This document shows, in pieces, positions 22,529-38,626 of a DNA stretch of 64,000 nt. Positions within the stretch are counted from its first letter, which is position 1. Each line of letters opens with the position of its first letter. The notes beneath the pieces are model-generated. The model was not told the DNA's origin. It ran no database searches and saw nothing but the letters and a program-made list of their open reading frames with translations. Source of the stretch: the human T2T-CHM13v2.0 reference genome, Homo sapiens; the NCBI RefSeq assembly GCF_009914755.1, contig NC_060940.1. The stretch is one strand, 5' to 3'. The translations under genes and the position numbers were made by a program.

Positions 22529-22658
22529 AGATTGCCTTGGTTGAATAGAAGTCAAACAGTAGTGGAAGAGTATTTGGCTTTTCTTGGTAATCTTGTATCA
22601 GCATAGACTGTTTTCCTCAGACCGTGTCTCAGCATGATTGCTTCCCATTTTGTGCCTC
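22529..22658 (+). pseudogene. RRN3P1: RRN3P exon 5 with a premature stop (Q140*)
   Basis: RLPWLNRSQTVVEEYLAFLGNLVSA*TVFLRPCLSMIASHFVP; in-frame TAG at 22604-22606. Confidence 0.95.
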
Positions 22659-23106
22659 GTAAGTCATTACTCTTTGCTTGCTTGGAATTTTCTTTTCTTT
22701 TCTTTTTAATACTTCTTTGTTAAAATACCACCTTCCCCTTATATATGAGAGACTGCTACCATGGAAGATTCCAGATGCATATTGGCACCAGGTCTGGTAG
22801 ACATATATTCCCCGTAATGACCCCTATGGAGGTGTCTAGATTCATTTGTTGCTGTGAGTTTGATGAATTATAACTTGCTTTATTGAACTCCTGGTGAAAT
22901 CTAGGAATTTTTAGCCATTTAAAAACTATAAAGTTGCATTACTTTTTTTCAGATTGTGCATTTAATTAATCATTGGGCTAACTTTGGATTATGGAAAAAT
23001 AACTTTTTTTATAGCTGTTCATTGTCTAGGTCAATAACTTTTTTTGTATAGCCATTCATTGTCTAGATCAATGACAGAACAACATATTTTCTTTTTCCCT
23101 CAAAAG

Positions 23107-23345
<239 letters not shown>

Positions 23346-24105
23346 TTAAAGTAGAACTAGGCAGGGTAGTGTGTGTCTTTAGTCACAGCTACCTGGGAGG
23401 CTTAAGTGGGTGGATTGCTTGAGCCCAGGAGTTCAAGCTCTGCCTGGTGGCAAGACTCTGTCTTCTTTAAAAAAAAAAAAGTAAAGCACAGAATACCTGG
23501 CATCTATTCTAATAAGTAGACTGCAACAAATGACAACTTTTGATGTAATCTTTTTGTTATATTTACCATTGATATGCAGTCAGTTGTCCTGAATGCATTA
23601 TTTATATAATTAGTCCATTTAATTTTCATTGATGCTGGTGGAGAAAAGTCTTGAAATTATTATTTCTCTGATAAATTATTCCGTTTTGGTTAGCATGTGT
23701 TTTTAGCTTCAAGTATGTCACTTTTTGTTTGTTTGTTTGTTTTTTGAGACAGAGTCTCGCTCTGTTGCCCAGGCTGGAGTACAGTGGTGTGATCTTGGTT
23801 CGCTGCAGCCTTCACCTCCTAGGTTCAAGTGATTCTCCTGCTTCAGCCTCCTGAGTAGATGGGACTACAGGCGTTTGCCACCATGCCCGGCTAATTTTTG
23901 TATTTTTAGTAGAGATGGGGTTTCACCATATTGGTCAGGCTGGTCTCGAACTCCTGACCTCAGGTGATCCACCCACCTCGGCCTCCCAGAGTGCTGGGAT
24001 TACAGGCGTGAGCCACTGTGCCCGGCCAGCATTTATTTTTAGTTTCAAGCATGTCGCCCTTCAGTTTTGTTTTGATGCTCATACTCTGAACTTTTCTTCT
24101 TTCAG

Positions 24106-24169
24106 ATCTTCCTGCAAATTTTGACACATATCACAGAGCCTTGCAAATAATAGCAAGATATGTACCATC
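24106..24169 (+). pseudogene. RRN3P1: RRN3P exon 7 with a destroyed splice donor (AT instead of GT)
   Basis: (N)[20 protein letters not shown](S), followed by ATGAGT at 24170; read-through meets TGA at 24171-24173. Confidence 0.92.
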
Positions 24170-24917
24170 ATGAGTATACTTTTCCTTATTTTGAATGTTT
24201 AATTCTCAAGAAAATTGTAATCAATTAGTAAAAATTATAAAATGTTAATAGTATTAAAGCTTGAGTCTTACATTGCATTTTTTTTTTTTGTATCCACTTG
24301 AGGAAACATTACATTCTACAAAAAGTGGCATTTCCATTTTCTATTTATTCTCTTTAATTGTTTTTCAAAGTTCGTATGCAGATTCTCCCCCAATTTTGTA
24401 TGGTGGTTGGAATTTTGTTTTTATCTTCAACAGATATGCTATCCAAAATTTTTCAGTGAGAAACCCCTGGGTGTGTTTGTGTCATGCCATATGAATAAAA
24501 ATTGCACTTCTAAGAAAAGCTTTTCAGGTTTGTGGGTTTCTTTTGGAGGGGTGGATTTCTAGTTCCCTCTGTCTGTTGATTATTTGTTAACTTAAAAAAA
24601 TCCAACTTGATTATTTTTTCTTCTTTTAAAAATAATATACATGTGTAGTGGGAAATGTCAGCAAAAGTGCTGTTATGTTTCTGTGGGAGAGAAGCTCCCT
24701 CTTTGATTTGCTGTTGATATCAGAGTTAACAGAAGCTTATTTTCTCTAAGTTGTTATAGACTTTCTCAGAAGCTATACATTGTAAGTTCCAGTTCTGGCC
24801 GGGCGCGGTGGCTCACACCTGTAATCCCAGCACTTTGGGAGGCTGAGGCGGGCGGATCACCTGAGGTCGGGAGTTCGAGACTAGCCTGACCAACATGGAG
24901 AAACCCCGTCTCTACTA

Positions 24918-25076
<159 letters not shown>

Positions 25077-25229
25077 TCAAAAAACAAAAAAAGTTCCAGT
25101 TCTTTGAGGTAAGGGTTCCTGTTTGCCTCCTATGTCTATCGATATTTGCTTTTAGAATGGTAGTTTTCCTTTTTATTCCTTTTCTAGAAAGTAAAGTCAA
25201 CATGGATTGATTTAATTTTTTAAAAATAG

Positions 25230-25299
25230 GGCACCGTGGTTTCTCATGCCAATACTGGTGGAAAAATTTCCATTTGTTCGAAAATCAGAGAGAACACTG
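25230..25299 (+). pseudogene. RRN3P1: RRN3P exon 8
   Basis: APWFLMPILVEKFPFVRKSERTL, AG/GT flanks. Confidence 0.95.
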
Positions 25300-25303
25300 G
25301 TAA

Positions 25304-25725
<422 letters not shown>

Positions 25726-26105
25726 TAGACTTTAAACTGATGTCTAAGAATTTGACTCAGATTCCTTTCTTATAAAGCGGCTATTGGGGATTCGCAGTGC
25801 CTTTTTCTGTTATTACTATGTGCAAGTCAAGGTCTGAGTTCATTTCCGGAATATCTGTAGTGGCTTTATGCTCATACGGGCAAGAATTACTAGAAGATAA
25901 TAGTTCATGTATTACTAATTGTGAACATGCCTTATTTTAACCTGAAAACAAAGCCTTCCATAGAAGAATTCTGCTTAAGTTTTTGTACAATGTTCAGATC
26001 ATCTGTGCAGTTTTTAATAATTAATAGTGGTTGCCTTAGTAGAAAACCGAATCTAGTAGCATACAAAAAGAATTACGTACCATGACCAAGTGCGACTGAT
26101 GTTAG

Positions 26106-26429
<324 letters not shown>

Positions 26430-26449
26430 TAGTACCTGAAAATGAATTA

Positions 26450-28490
26450 ATAAAATATTTTGTAGCAATAGAACAAAGGACAAAAACCACATAATCATCT
26501 CAGTAGATGCAGAAGTGTGTGACAAACACCAATATCCCTTTATGAGAAAAACAGAAGGAAATTTTCTCAACCTGATAAAGGGCATCTGAAAAACCCACAG
26601 CTAACATCATATTCAGTGGTGAAAGACCAAAAGTTTTTTCCTAAGACAAAGAACAAAACAAGGATTTCCGCTCTTGCTGCTTGTCTAGCCAAGGCAGTTA
26701 GGCAAGAAAAAGAATTAAAAGCATCCAGATGGAAAGGAAGGCGTAAACTCTCTTTTGCATGGTGATTTTATATGTCATTCTAAGAAGTTTACACACACAC
26801 AAGAAATTTTAGAGATAATAAATGAGTTCAGCATGGTTACGGGACAGAAGACTAACATACACTAACCAGTTGTTCAAGACAATTGAATAGGGGAGAATAG
26901 TCATTTCAACAAATGCTGCTGGCAGAAGTGGATATGAACATGCAAAAGAGTGAAGCATATGGATATCCATATACAAAAATGAACTCAATAAAAGCCCTAC
27001 ATGAAGTGTAAAAACTGTAAAACTCTGAGAAGAAAACGAGTACATTTTCATAATGTTGGATTAGGCAGTAATTTCCAGATTTGATGCCTAAGCACAAGCA
27101 ACCAAAGAAAAAATGCATCAATTGTACTTCAAAATTAAACGTTGTTATGCTTCATAGGACATCTTCAAGAAGATGAAAAGAATCCCCAAATAATGGGAGG
27201 AAATATTTCTAAATTTTATGTCTGGTAATGGACTTGTATATGTAAAGAACTCTTATAATTGAATAATAAAAGGGCAAATAGCCCAACTGAAGAGGGCAAA
27301 GGATCTGAATAGGCATTTCTGCAAAACACATGAAAAGAAGCTCAACATCATTAGCCATCAGGGAAATGATTTCACTTAATGCCCACAAGGATGGCTATAA
27401 TCAGAACGAGAAGACAGTAACAAGTGTTCACAAGGATATGGAGAAATGGGAACGTTGGAACTGTCATATGTTGCTGTGAGAATGTAAAATGGTGCAGCCG
27501 TTTTGGAAAATAGCCTGGCATTTCTTCAAGGTTAAATGTAGAATTAACACGTGACTCAGCAGTTCCATTTCTGGGTTTATACCCAAGAGAAATGAAAATA
27601 TATGTCCACAGAAAAACTTGTACATGGATGTTCATAGCAGCAGCATCCATAATAGCCTCAAGTAGAAGCAACTCAAATGTCTGTCAACTGATGAACAGAT
27701 GACAAAACATGGTACAATGGAATATTACTCAGCAATGAAAAGGAATGCTTTATATGTTACAACATGATTGGACCCTAAAAACATGCCAAAAGGCTGTGTA
27801 TTATATGACTCCATTGATAGGAAAGGAATGGTTTACATGTTACAACATGATTGAACCTTAAAAACATGCCACAAACTGTGTATGACTCCATTGATATGAG
27901 AGGAATGGTTTACATGTTACAACATGATTGAACCCTAAAAACATGTATTATATGACTCCATTTATATGAAATGTCTCAAAGAGGCAGATTCATAGAAAGA
28001 CTAGTGGTTGCCAAGGTCTTCATTTTTTAGGGGTGCACTAATGGATGTAGGATTTCTTTTTAGAGTGATTAAAATGTTACAAAATTGCTGGCTGGGTGCA
28101 GTGGCTTATGCCCATAATCACAGCACTTCGGGAGGCTGAAGTGGGAAGATCCAGGAGTTGAAGACCAGCCTGGGCAACATAGTGAGAAAATGTCTCCCTA
28201 AAAGGAAGAATTAACCTCATGTGGTGGTGTGCACCTGTAGTTCTAGCTACTAGGGAGGCTGAGGAGGAAGGATTGCTTATCCCGGGAATTCAAGGTTGCA
28301 GTGAGCTATGATTGCACCCACTGTACCTCATCCTGAGAGAGAGAGCAAGACCCTGTCTCTAAAAGAAAAATAAATGTTCTGAAATTGATTATGTTGACGG
28401 TCACATAACTGAATATATTAAAAACTTAAATTGTATACTTTAAGTTGGTGATTGTATGATATATGAGTTTTATCAATACAGCTACTTAAA
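26450..28490 (+). mobile_element. Old L1M (L1MB/MC-like) ORF2-3' UTR fragments in intron 8, interrupted by an Alu (~28090-28370)
   Basis: aagggcatctgaaaaacccacagctaacatcat, ttcaacaaatgctgctgg, gttcatagcagca..., ggaatattactcagcaatgaaaaggaatg. Confidence 0.8.
27741..27968 (+). repeat. Degenerate tandem repeat, 3 copies of ~70-83 bp, inside the L1 3' region
   Basis: aggaatg..tta.atgttacaacatgattg.acc.taaaaacatg...tatgactccatt starts at 27741, 27824 and 27901. Confidence 0.88.
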
Positions 28491-28715
28491 AACCTATAGT
28501 TATGCAAATTAAAAATTTCATTTACTGGGGATAATTGAAATGATTATACCGAACATAATACATGTAGAAACAGTATAGTTTTTGTATTGCTGGATAGTCT
28601 GTTTTTTTCTTTTTCAATATTTGAAACTAAAGGTCATGTAATTGATGTTTTTCTTACATAACTGTGAAATATTTATTCTCTGTTGAAATGTTTTATCTTA
28701 CGTTTTCTCCTTTAG

Positions 28716-28814
28716 GAATGTTACGTTCATAACTTACTAAGGATTAGTGTATATTTTCCAACCTTGAGGCATGAAATTCTGGAGCTTATTATTGAAAAAC
28801 TACTCAAGCTGGAT
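28716..28814 (+). pseudogene. RRN3P1: RRN3P exon 9
   Basis: ECYVHNLLRISVYFPTLRHEILELIIEKLLKLD, phase 0-0, AG/GT flanks. Confidence 0.95.
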
Positions 28815-29062
28815 GTAAGTATTGAGTAATCTATTTTTATTTTCTTTTTTTTATTTTTTATTTTTTTATTTTCATTTACTGACTTGAATTTGTTATAATC
28901 ACAGTATGTGGAAACAATAGTCAGTGATAGAAAAGAATCCACTTGGCCAGGCATGGTGGCTCATGCCTTTATTCCCAGCACTTTGGGAGGCCGAGGCAGG
29001 CAGATCACCTGAGGTCAGGAGTTCAAGACCAGCCTGGCCAACATGGCGAAACCCCGTCTCTA

Positions 29063-29440
<378 letters not shown>

Positions 29441-29820
29441 TTAGAGAACCTGATAGAATCACAGTGGGGTCAGGAAGGGATTCCTACGGAAGTGATTTTT
29501 CCTGTTTGGCCTTTCTTAAGGGCAGATTATAATTATAAACAGTTAAAACTTTGTTTAAGGAGGCCCGCACTAAGGTGCAGTGGGAATGAAAGGAAGTGGT
29601 AGATTCTAGTGACATTGTGAGGAAAGGTGAACTGGTCCTTGAGACTGGTTTGGAGGAGGGGAGGCAGACAGTAAGGGAAAGGAATCCTTCAATAGTTGCT
29701 CCCTGTGGAATCGAATCTTGGTGTTGCCATTAATGGTAGTTAGAAATATGAAGAGGAGGCTGGGTGTGGTGGCTCACGCATGTAATCCCAGCACTTTGGG
29801 AGGCCGAGGCGGGCGGATCA

Positions 29821-30102
<282 letters not shown>

Positions 30103-30942
30103 TCAGTTGCTGGTGGGCAGCCTACCAGAGAATACTCACAGGCAGTCGTGGCTGCAGATGGGGACCTGAGCATAAACCTTTGGAAAGATGCAGTTTAGGA
30201 CAGGGGAGGAGAAGGGTGATCAGAAGTATGGGGAAAACCAAGAGTCTGGATGCTCAGGAAGAATCCGCTGGAAGGAGGAGTTTGGTCAGCAGCATCAGAT
30301 ACTGCTGTCATTTTTTAGAAAGATGAAAAGAGCAACAGTCCTTGGATTTAGTGGTTAGAAGGTAGTCTTTGTTGCTTTCTGGAGGACCATGTCAGTGAAG
30401 ACGCAGAAACTGCATTTCGGGAGAGGATGTGGATGGTGGGGAAGCAGAATTGGGGCTGTTAGAGACCTTGGTGCAGGGTTGTGGTGGAAGGAGGGGATGG
30501 AGCAGGGCTAAGAGGCGTGGTTTAGGAGTGGGGAGATGTGAGCAGGTTTGTGGACTGAGGGGAGAGGAGCTTTGGTGGAGGAAAACATTGATGCTATAGG
30601 AAAGCAGGAAGATGGAACAAGGTCTTAGAAGAGCTGGAGCTTGGGCTCACTGGTGCAGTGCTCCCTTGGAGTTGCACCTCTCTGGCCAACTGTATATGTA
30701 CTCTTTATAGTCTTTCTCTGGTATATACTTAAGGAACATTTTAGAATGTTTACAAAGAAGGTCAGGCATAGTTAATAAAAAATGGCATGGTTTGAGTGGT
30801 ATGTTAAGATATTTGAATGGTGATATACCAAAATAAATATTGCATCATGCACATTTGGCTTGCAGTTCATCATTTTTCTGCTCAATTGATTGACGATATG
30901 TTTATTACACAATGTGTCTGTGAGTGTCTTGTGCATAGAGAT

Positions 30943-31989
<1,047 letters not shown>

Positions 31990-32216
31990 TTATATAAGTA
32001 TGTAGTAAAAGGGGCTTGGTTTATTATATTTAAATTCCTTCATGACCTAGGTCAGTTTACAGGCTTGCACCATAATTGTGTATTGTGTTGGGGTGTGATA
32101 TAAGGCACTAATCTGGACACCTTGAACGTGTGTATATCAGATGAATTTCCATCCCAAAATAACATAGTTGTATTTTTTAAATCCTTTTATTCTTTTTTCC
32201 CCCCCCTTTGTTATAG

Positions 32217-32309
32217 GTGAATGCATCCCGGCAGGGTATTGAAGATGCTGAAGAAACAGCAAATCAAACTTGTGGTGGGACAGATTCCACGGAAGGATTG
32301 TTTAATATG
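32217..32309 (+). pseudogene. RRN3P1: RRN3P exon 10
   Basis: VNASRQGIEDAEETANQTCGGTDSTEGLFNM; donor GTTAGC. Confidence 0.95.
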
Positions 32310-33553
32310 GTTAGCAGTTTATTAATGAAAGTGGAGATGAAGTTTATCATAATCAAAGGGTGGAAACAGCTAGTGCTGCTCATCTTTGTTAAGGCTTTAG
32401 ATTGAAAGAATTAAAATAGTTTAGCAAACTTGAAAACGATTCCTTATATGAGTAATTTGCTGCCATGTCATTTAGCACTTAGCATAATTGGTCTATTTCC
32501 AAGGCTTTGAATTTGGGTTTGGTGAAGTATGTTTCACTTTTGTTGTTGTAACTTTCAGTGTTTGTTTTTGTAAGCCAGATGCTGTCTGTGAGGGCGTGGC
32601 TAATGGAAAAGCATAACTGTTTAATTTCTGCATTTTACCACTTGTACACTTTATAGCATTACTTCTTACGAGTAGCTGGGACCACAGATTACCATGCCTG
32701 GCTAATTTTTGTGTTTTTAGAAGAGGCGGGGTTTCACCATGTTGGCCAGACTGGTTGTGAACTCCTGACCGCAAGTGATCTGCCCGCCTCCTGCCCCGCA
32801 AAGCGTTGGGATTACAGGTGTGAACAACTGTGCCTGGCCCACGTTCCCTTCTCAGTACACTTGGAGAGAAAACAGATTGCTGCCTGCCAGCCCAGCTAGG
32901 TGCTCTGAAAATGTCATCCTGCCTTTGGTCACTAGGTGGTGGTCTTCCCTTAAGCCTTTCTCTATTAAAATCTCATATGGGGTAATTAACAGTATTTCCT
33001 TTATTCTTTCCAAGGGTTGAGTTGTAACTAGCCCAAACCAACTTATTAATCTAGAATTTTAAAAACTTTAGGCTTTGACTTTTCTTCTTCTTCTTCTTTT
33101 TTTTTTTGGTGGGGGAAAGAATATAGAAGGCTTTTCCTTCTCTGCAACGATTTTGTGGCTTCCTAGAGGTCAGGAGAGTGTTGGTCATGGGAAAGAAGGT
33201 TGAATTCAGTCTGCCCACATGGGCGTGCCTAGCTTTAGAACAGCGCTATTTAGGAGAAGTTGGAAGTTACACCCTTTGGTGAGAAGCTGTGTCTGTTTTT
33301 TTCCATGATTGGCATAATTAACTCAAATACCAGCTGTACATTAGTCCGTATTTCTGTTCATGGTTGAGTTCAGTGTGTCCAGAGACCGGAAGGTGCTTTG
33401 CACTCACAGGAGTGCCCATGTGGAGCTCCATGGGATGTGAATTATTGTTGGTCACTAGTTCTGGCTGACATTGGAATCACTTGAAGAGTTTTTATAATAT
33501 GTGGATTCCAAAGCCCTGTCACAAACCTATTGAATTTGTACCTCCCAGGTTGA

Positions 33554-33892
<339 letters not shown>

Positions 33893-34107
33893 TAGCTAGG
33901 TTTGGGATCCATTGGATTATTTAACACCCGAGGTGCCTTTTGTTTCTAATGATATTCTCTCAACGTGTTTTAAAAATGAAGCCCATGAGATAGTTATGAG
34001 ATAGTAGAACTTTTCCCTACATTGGTGAAGTAAAAATCTTGGGATTTTGATAGTCAGATTATCTTAGGCATTAAAAAATATCACACCGATGCCCTCTCTT
34101 TTTATAG

Positions 34108-34238
34108 GGATTCGCAGAGGCATTTTTGGAACATCTTTGGAAAAACTTGCAGGATCCAAGTAATCCTGCCATCATCAGGCAGGCTGCTGGAAATTATATT
34201 GGAAGCTTTTTGGCAAGAGCTAAATTTATTTCTCTTAT
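34108..34238 (+). pseudogene. RRN3P1: RRN3P exon equivalent to parental exon 13 (contains the LARAK motif)
   Basis: GFAEAFLEHLWKNLQDPSNPAIIRQAAGNYIGSFLARAKFISL(I), AG/GT flanks. Confidence 0.95.
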
Positions 34239-35110
34239 GTAAGTAGCCTAATTTGCCGAGTACTTTTTAATATCATGCTTTAAAAAGAGTATAGCATTGT
34301 CTCAAGTCAGAAATATCTCCCATATGTTTTTGGCATGTTTTTAAAGTGAATAAAATTCCTACTCTGTGCAAGATGTTTATATTTCTAAGTGGTGATTTTA
34401 GAATAAAGTGTCTCCTTTTTTATATATAAAACCCTGTATGTAAGGCTTTTGTCATCTCTTTTGTGTGGTTGCACTTAAAGATCCATTTGTTTTGTGGATA
34501 GAGGACAGTGTTGTATACTGTTTTGATTCTTTTTGTAGGTTTGTCATTTTTTTCATTTGCATTCCAAATCTATTGTATCTGTTAAAGCTGAAGAAAAACC
34601 CTTTTAAAGGTAATAGACCTATCTAGGAGGCCAGTTTCTTTCAGTGGCCCATGAAGATATCTTTGGACAAGGATGCTGTTGAAACCCTTCCCCAAGAACA
34701 AAATTATTCACCCATAGGACTTGACTGGATGCATCAGGGAATACTGAAGTCCACCAGACTGTCTTTCTCTTGAGACGTGTTGGTGAACATGTCCTATTTG
34801 GCCAATCACCCTAAGAGGGGTGCCTTTGAGATGGTTAGGAGAACCTGCTTTCCATCCCTTGGGACGTTCTTAGGGGCTCACCTGTTCCTAGAAGGTCAGA
34901 GCTACTCTGCCTTGTAATTGGAAGGTTGTCTTCCTACGCACCCATCCTTATCCTTCCTTTCTTTGCTTTTCCTCTGTACCCATGGGTATTATTTAAAGAA
35001 ACCTATGAACTTACTTAGCATGGTTTGTAATGAAAGGCAGTTGTGTGTTTTTATGTTATTCTGGTTTTTTTATGAAGTGTAAAGTTGACTTGAATTTTTC
35101 TTTTCTCTAG

Positions 35111-35295
35111 TACTGTAAAACCATGCCTAGATCTTTTGGTTAACTGGCTGCACATATACCTTAATAACCAGGATTCGGGAACAAAGGCATTCTGCGATGT
35201 TGCTCTCCATGGACCATTTTACTCAGCCTGCCAAGCTGTGTTCTACACCTTTGTTTTTAGACACAAGCAGCTTTTGAGCGGAAACCTGAAAGAAG
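35111..35295 (+). pseudogene. RRN3P1: RRN3P exon equivalent to parental exon 14
   Basis: TVKPCLDLLVNWLHIYLNNQDSGTKAFCDVALHGPFYSACQAVFYTFVFRHKQLLSGNLKE(G); donor GTCAGT. Confidence 0.95.
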
Positions 35296-36011
35296 GTCAG
35301 TGTTGTGGGAGTGCTGGACTGGATTTTCCTTGTGTTCTTGTCACCCTTCAGAATGGTGATTCATTACTTTTTTGAGATTTTTATAAAAACTGGATTCAGA
35401 AAACTGCATGTACACTCAAACTTCTAATAATAATTTCAAGCAGCTCATAGGCCCCTACAAACCCCTTAAGATAGATTTGAGCTTGAGAACCCTACAAACC
35501 CCTTAAGATGGATTTGAGGTTAAGAAAGAGGTTTCTGCCTTTGAAGGTTTGAAATGTGAAGATGTCTCCAGAGGTGAGGCTGAGCCCTGGGCTGTGCCAG
35601 CGCCCTGTACAAAGCTTCAGTTGGATGCACCTTCTCTTTGTTGTCCTTGTAACAGCCCAGTAAATGGCAGGTATTCTCCCTTTACAGACAGCACCAAAGC
35701 ACGGGGAAGTCATTTTCCCAAGATCACATGGTTACTGGCAGGATTAGAAAACTGAAGCCAGGTTCAGCTGACCCTAAAGTTTGAGTTTATATAGATTACA
35801 CTCTGCCTGAAGCCTTGAGACTTAATTGACCAGTATTGTTTTGCTAATTTCTAAGAGTTACTTATAATTCAAATCTATCAGTTGAAACTTACTAGATTAG
35901 CGTATTTTAGTTGAAGAGAGTCTCCAAGAACAGTGTTTATAAGTCATTGTAAATTGTTCTGTTTATGTTTATGAATAATTCATATGGTTTTGTGGGTCAC
36001 TTCCTCTAAAC

Positions 36012-36225
36012 CAGGGTCTGTCAACCCTGCATGATTGCCATTTGGGCTGCATCATCCTTCATCGTCGGGGGCTGTCCTCTGCACTGTAGGATGTTTAACA
36101 GCCTCCACCTACTAGCTGCCAACAGCAGTCCCTGACCACCCCCAGCTGTGACAACTAAAAGTGTCTCCAGACACTGCCAGGTGTCCTCTGTGGGGGTTGC
36201 AGTCTCCTTAGGTTAACAGCCACAG
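36012..36225 (-). mobile_element. MER20
   Basis: cagggtctgtcaaccc...ggggctgtcctctgcactgtaggatgtttaacagc...gtgtctccagacactgccag. Confidence 0.78.
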
Positions 36226-37086
36226 CTCTAAACTGACAGTTGTACGTGTTGCATTATATATGTTTACCTACATCCTACATGCTTCTAAAAGATGTTGTAT
36301 GAACTAGTAGGATGAGGTTTTATCACAAGGTAAGTAAATACAAGCTCTGCTTTTCTTTGTATAAATTAATGCCAGGAATCTGAATTAAATATCTTGTTTT
36401 TGTAAGCAGTGACATCCCATTTAGGTAATTTTTATTGAAATATGCATCAAAGAAACTCCTAAGAAAATATACTTAAGTACAAGTTGGTCAGCTTGCCTCT
36501 TAAAATAAATGTGATGTCTTTATTTTACTCATGTAGGAAAGAATTGTATTCACTAAGTCTAAGAAAGTGGCTTCTGTCTAAATTTGCCGTCCGTTGAGGT
36601 AGAAGGCAAATTTGGAGTTTTCTTGTTTAGAAAAAAAACTACAGATGACTACTGTGCACCTGAAAACAGCACTCAGCTTCACTAACGAGACATGCAAGCT
36701 AGAATCAAATTGCTGTTTTGTTTTGTTGCCTGTCGTGATTGTTAGCTGAAACCAAATCACAAGGTCTTTTTCTCCCTCTGTATTAGCTCAGCATACACTG
36801 AGCTTACAAACGTATGAACTTCACGTTGTCGTGGAATCTTACAGCCTGCTACTTCCTAAGTTTCCTTTAGAGAAGCTGCCTTGGTGACCAATGAATGTGG
36901 TTAGCCTAGTGATACTCTTCTGGGCCATATACTGTGTGACTATCTGCATGGACCTTTATTGAAAGCATTTCTGCAAATAATTTTTTTAAGTTTTTTTTAA
37001 ATGTGTGATAATTTGTGCTTTTAAAGATATCTTACACTTTTCACTTATTTGTACCTTTAAAAATCTTTTTTTTTTTTAAACCAAAG

Positions 37087-37195
37087 GTTTGCAGTATCCT
37101 CAGAGTCTGAATTTTGAGCGGATAGTGATGAGCCAGCTAAATCCCCTGAAGATTTGCCTGCCCTCAGTGGTTAACTTTTTTGCTGCAATCACAAA
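37087..37195 (+). pseudogene. RRN3P1: RRN3P exon equivalent to parental exon 15 (last RRN3-derived exon seen)
   Basis: LQYPQSLNFERIVMSQLNPLKICLPSVVNFFAAIT; donor GTAAGT; no KYQLVFCYTII exon found downstream. Confidence 0.95.
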
Positions 37196-37305
37196 GTAAG
37201 TTATTTATGCTTTCTTGATGGGAGTTATTTAAAATATTTTTATTTATGTTTCTCTAGTATTGTAAGAGTCTGTTAAATTTCTATGAAATTAGTAACATTA
37301 TAAAA

Positions 37306-37967
<662 letters not shown>

Positions 37968-38400
37968 TGTAGAGGGAAAAACAGTCTGCCTCCACTTTTG
38001 ATATGGGACTGCTAACATCTTCCACCCTCCCTCTCCCCCTCTGCCCCACATCTGGGCAAGCTAAGAAAGCCTGCTGCTCTCTCCTCTGGCACCAGCTGGA
38101 AATTCATACCCAACAAGCCCTAGCCCTCCCACCAGACCCACATTTCATCCCCATCCCCATCGCATCCCCATCCCCATCCCCATCCCTAACCACCATAAAT
38201 GCTAAGGGAGTTTCCTTGCCTGGTTTTCTGAAACCATTTTTGGACCTGCTTGGGAATCTGCCCTGCTCTCTCAGAAAGCTTCATTATATGAGCAATAAAC
38301 CTTTTCCTACCCTCTTGGTGCATGTGGTGTATCATCAGTCTTGACATCTAAAACAAATTTTGGGTGGTGGGGTCCATGTCTTTGCAGGGTGACCACAATA
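37968..38400 (+). mobile_element. ERV LTR-like element with an internal (CCCCAT)n tract and AATAAA at 38294-38299
   Basis: Starts with TG; TATA-like cataaat at ~38193, then AATAAA and a GT-rich U5-like segment; family not identified. Confidence 0.5.
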
Positions 38401-38467
38401 GTACCTGGCACATTATGTGTTTAATAAACAGAGATTACTGTCATATTTATTTTATTTTATTTTTTGA

Positions 38468-38626
<159 letters not shown>

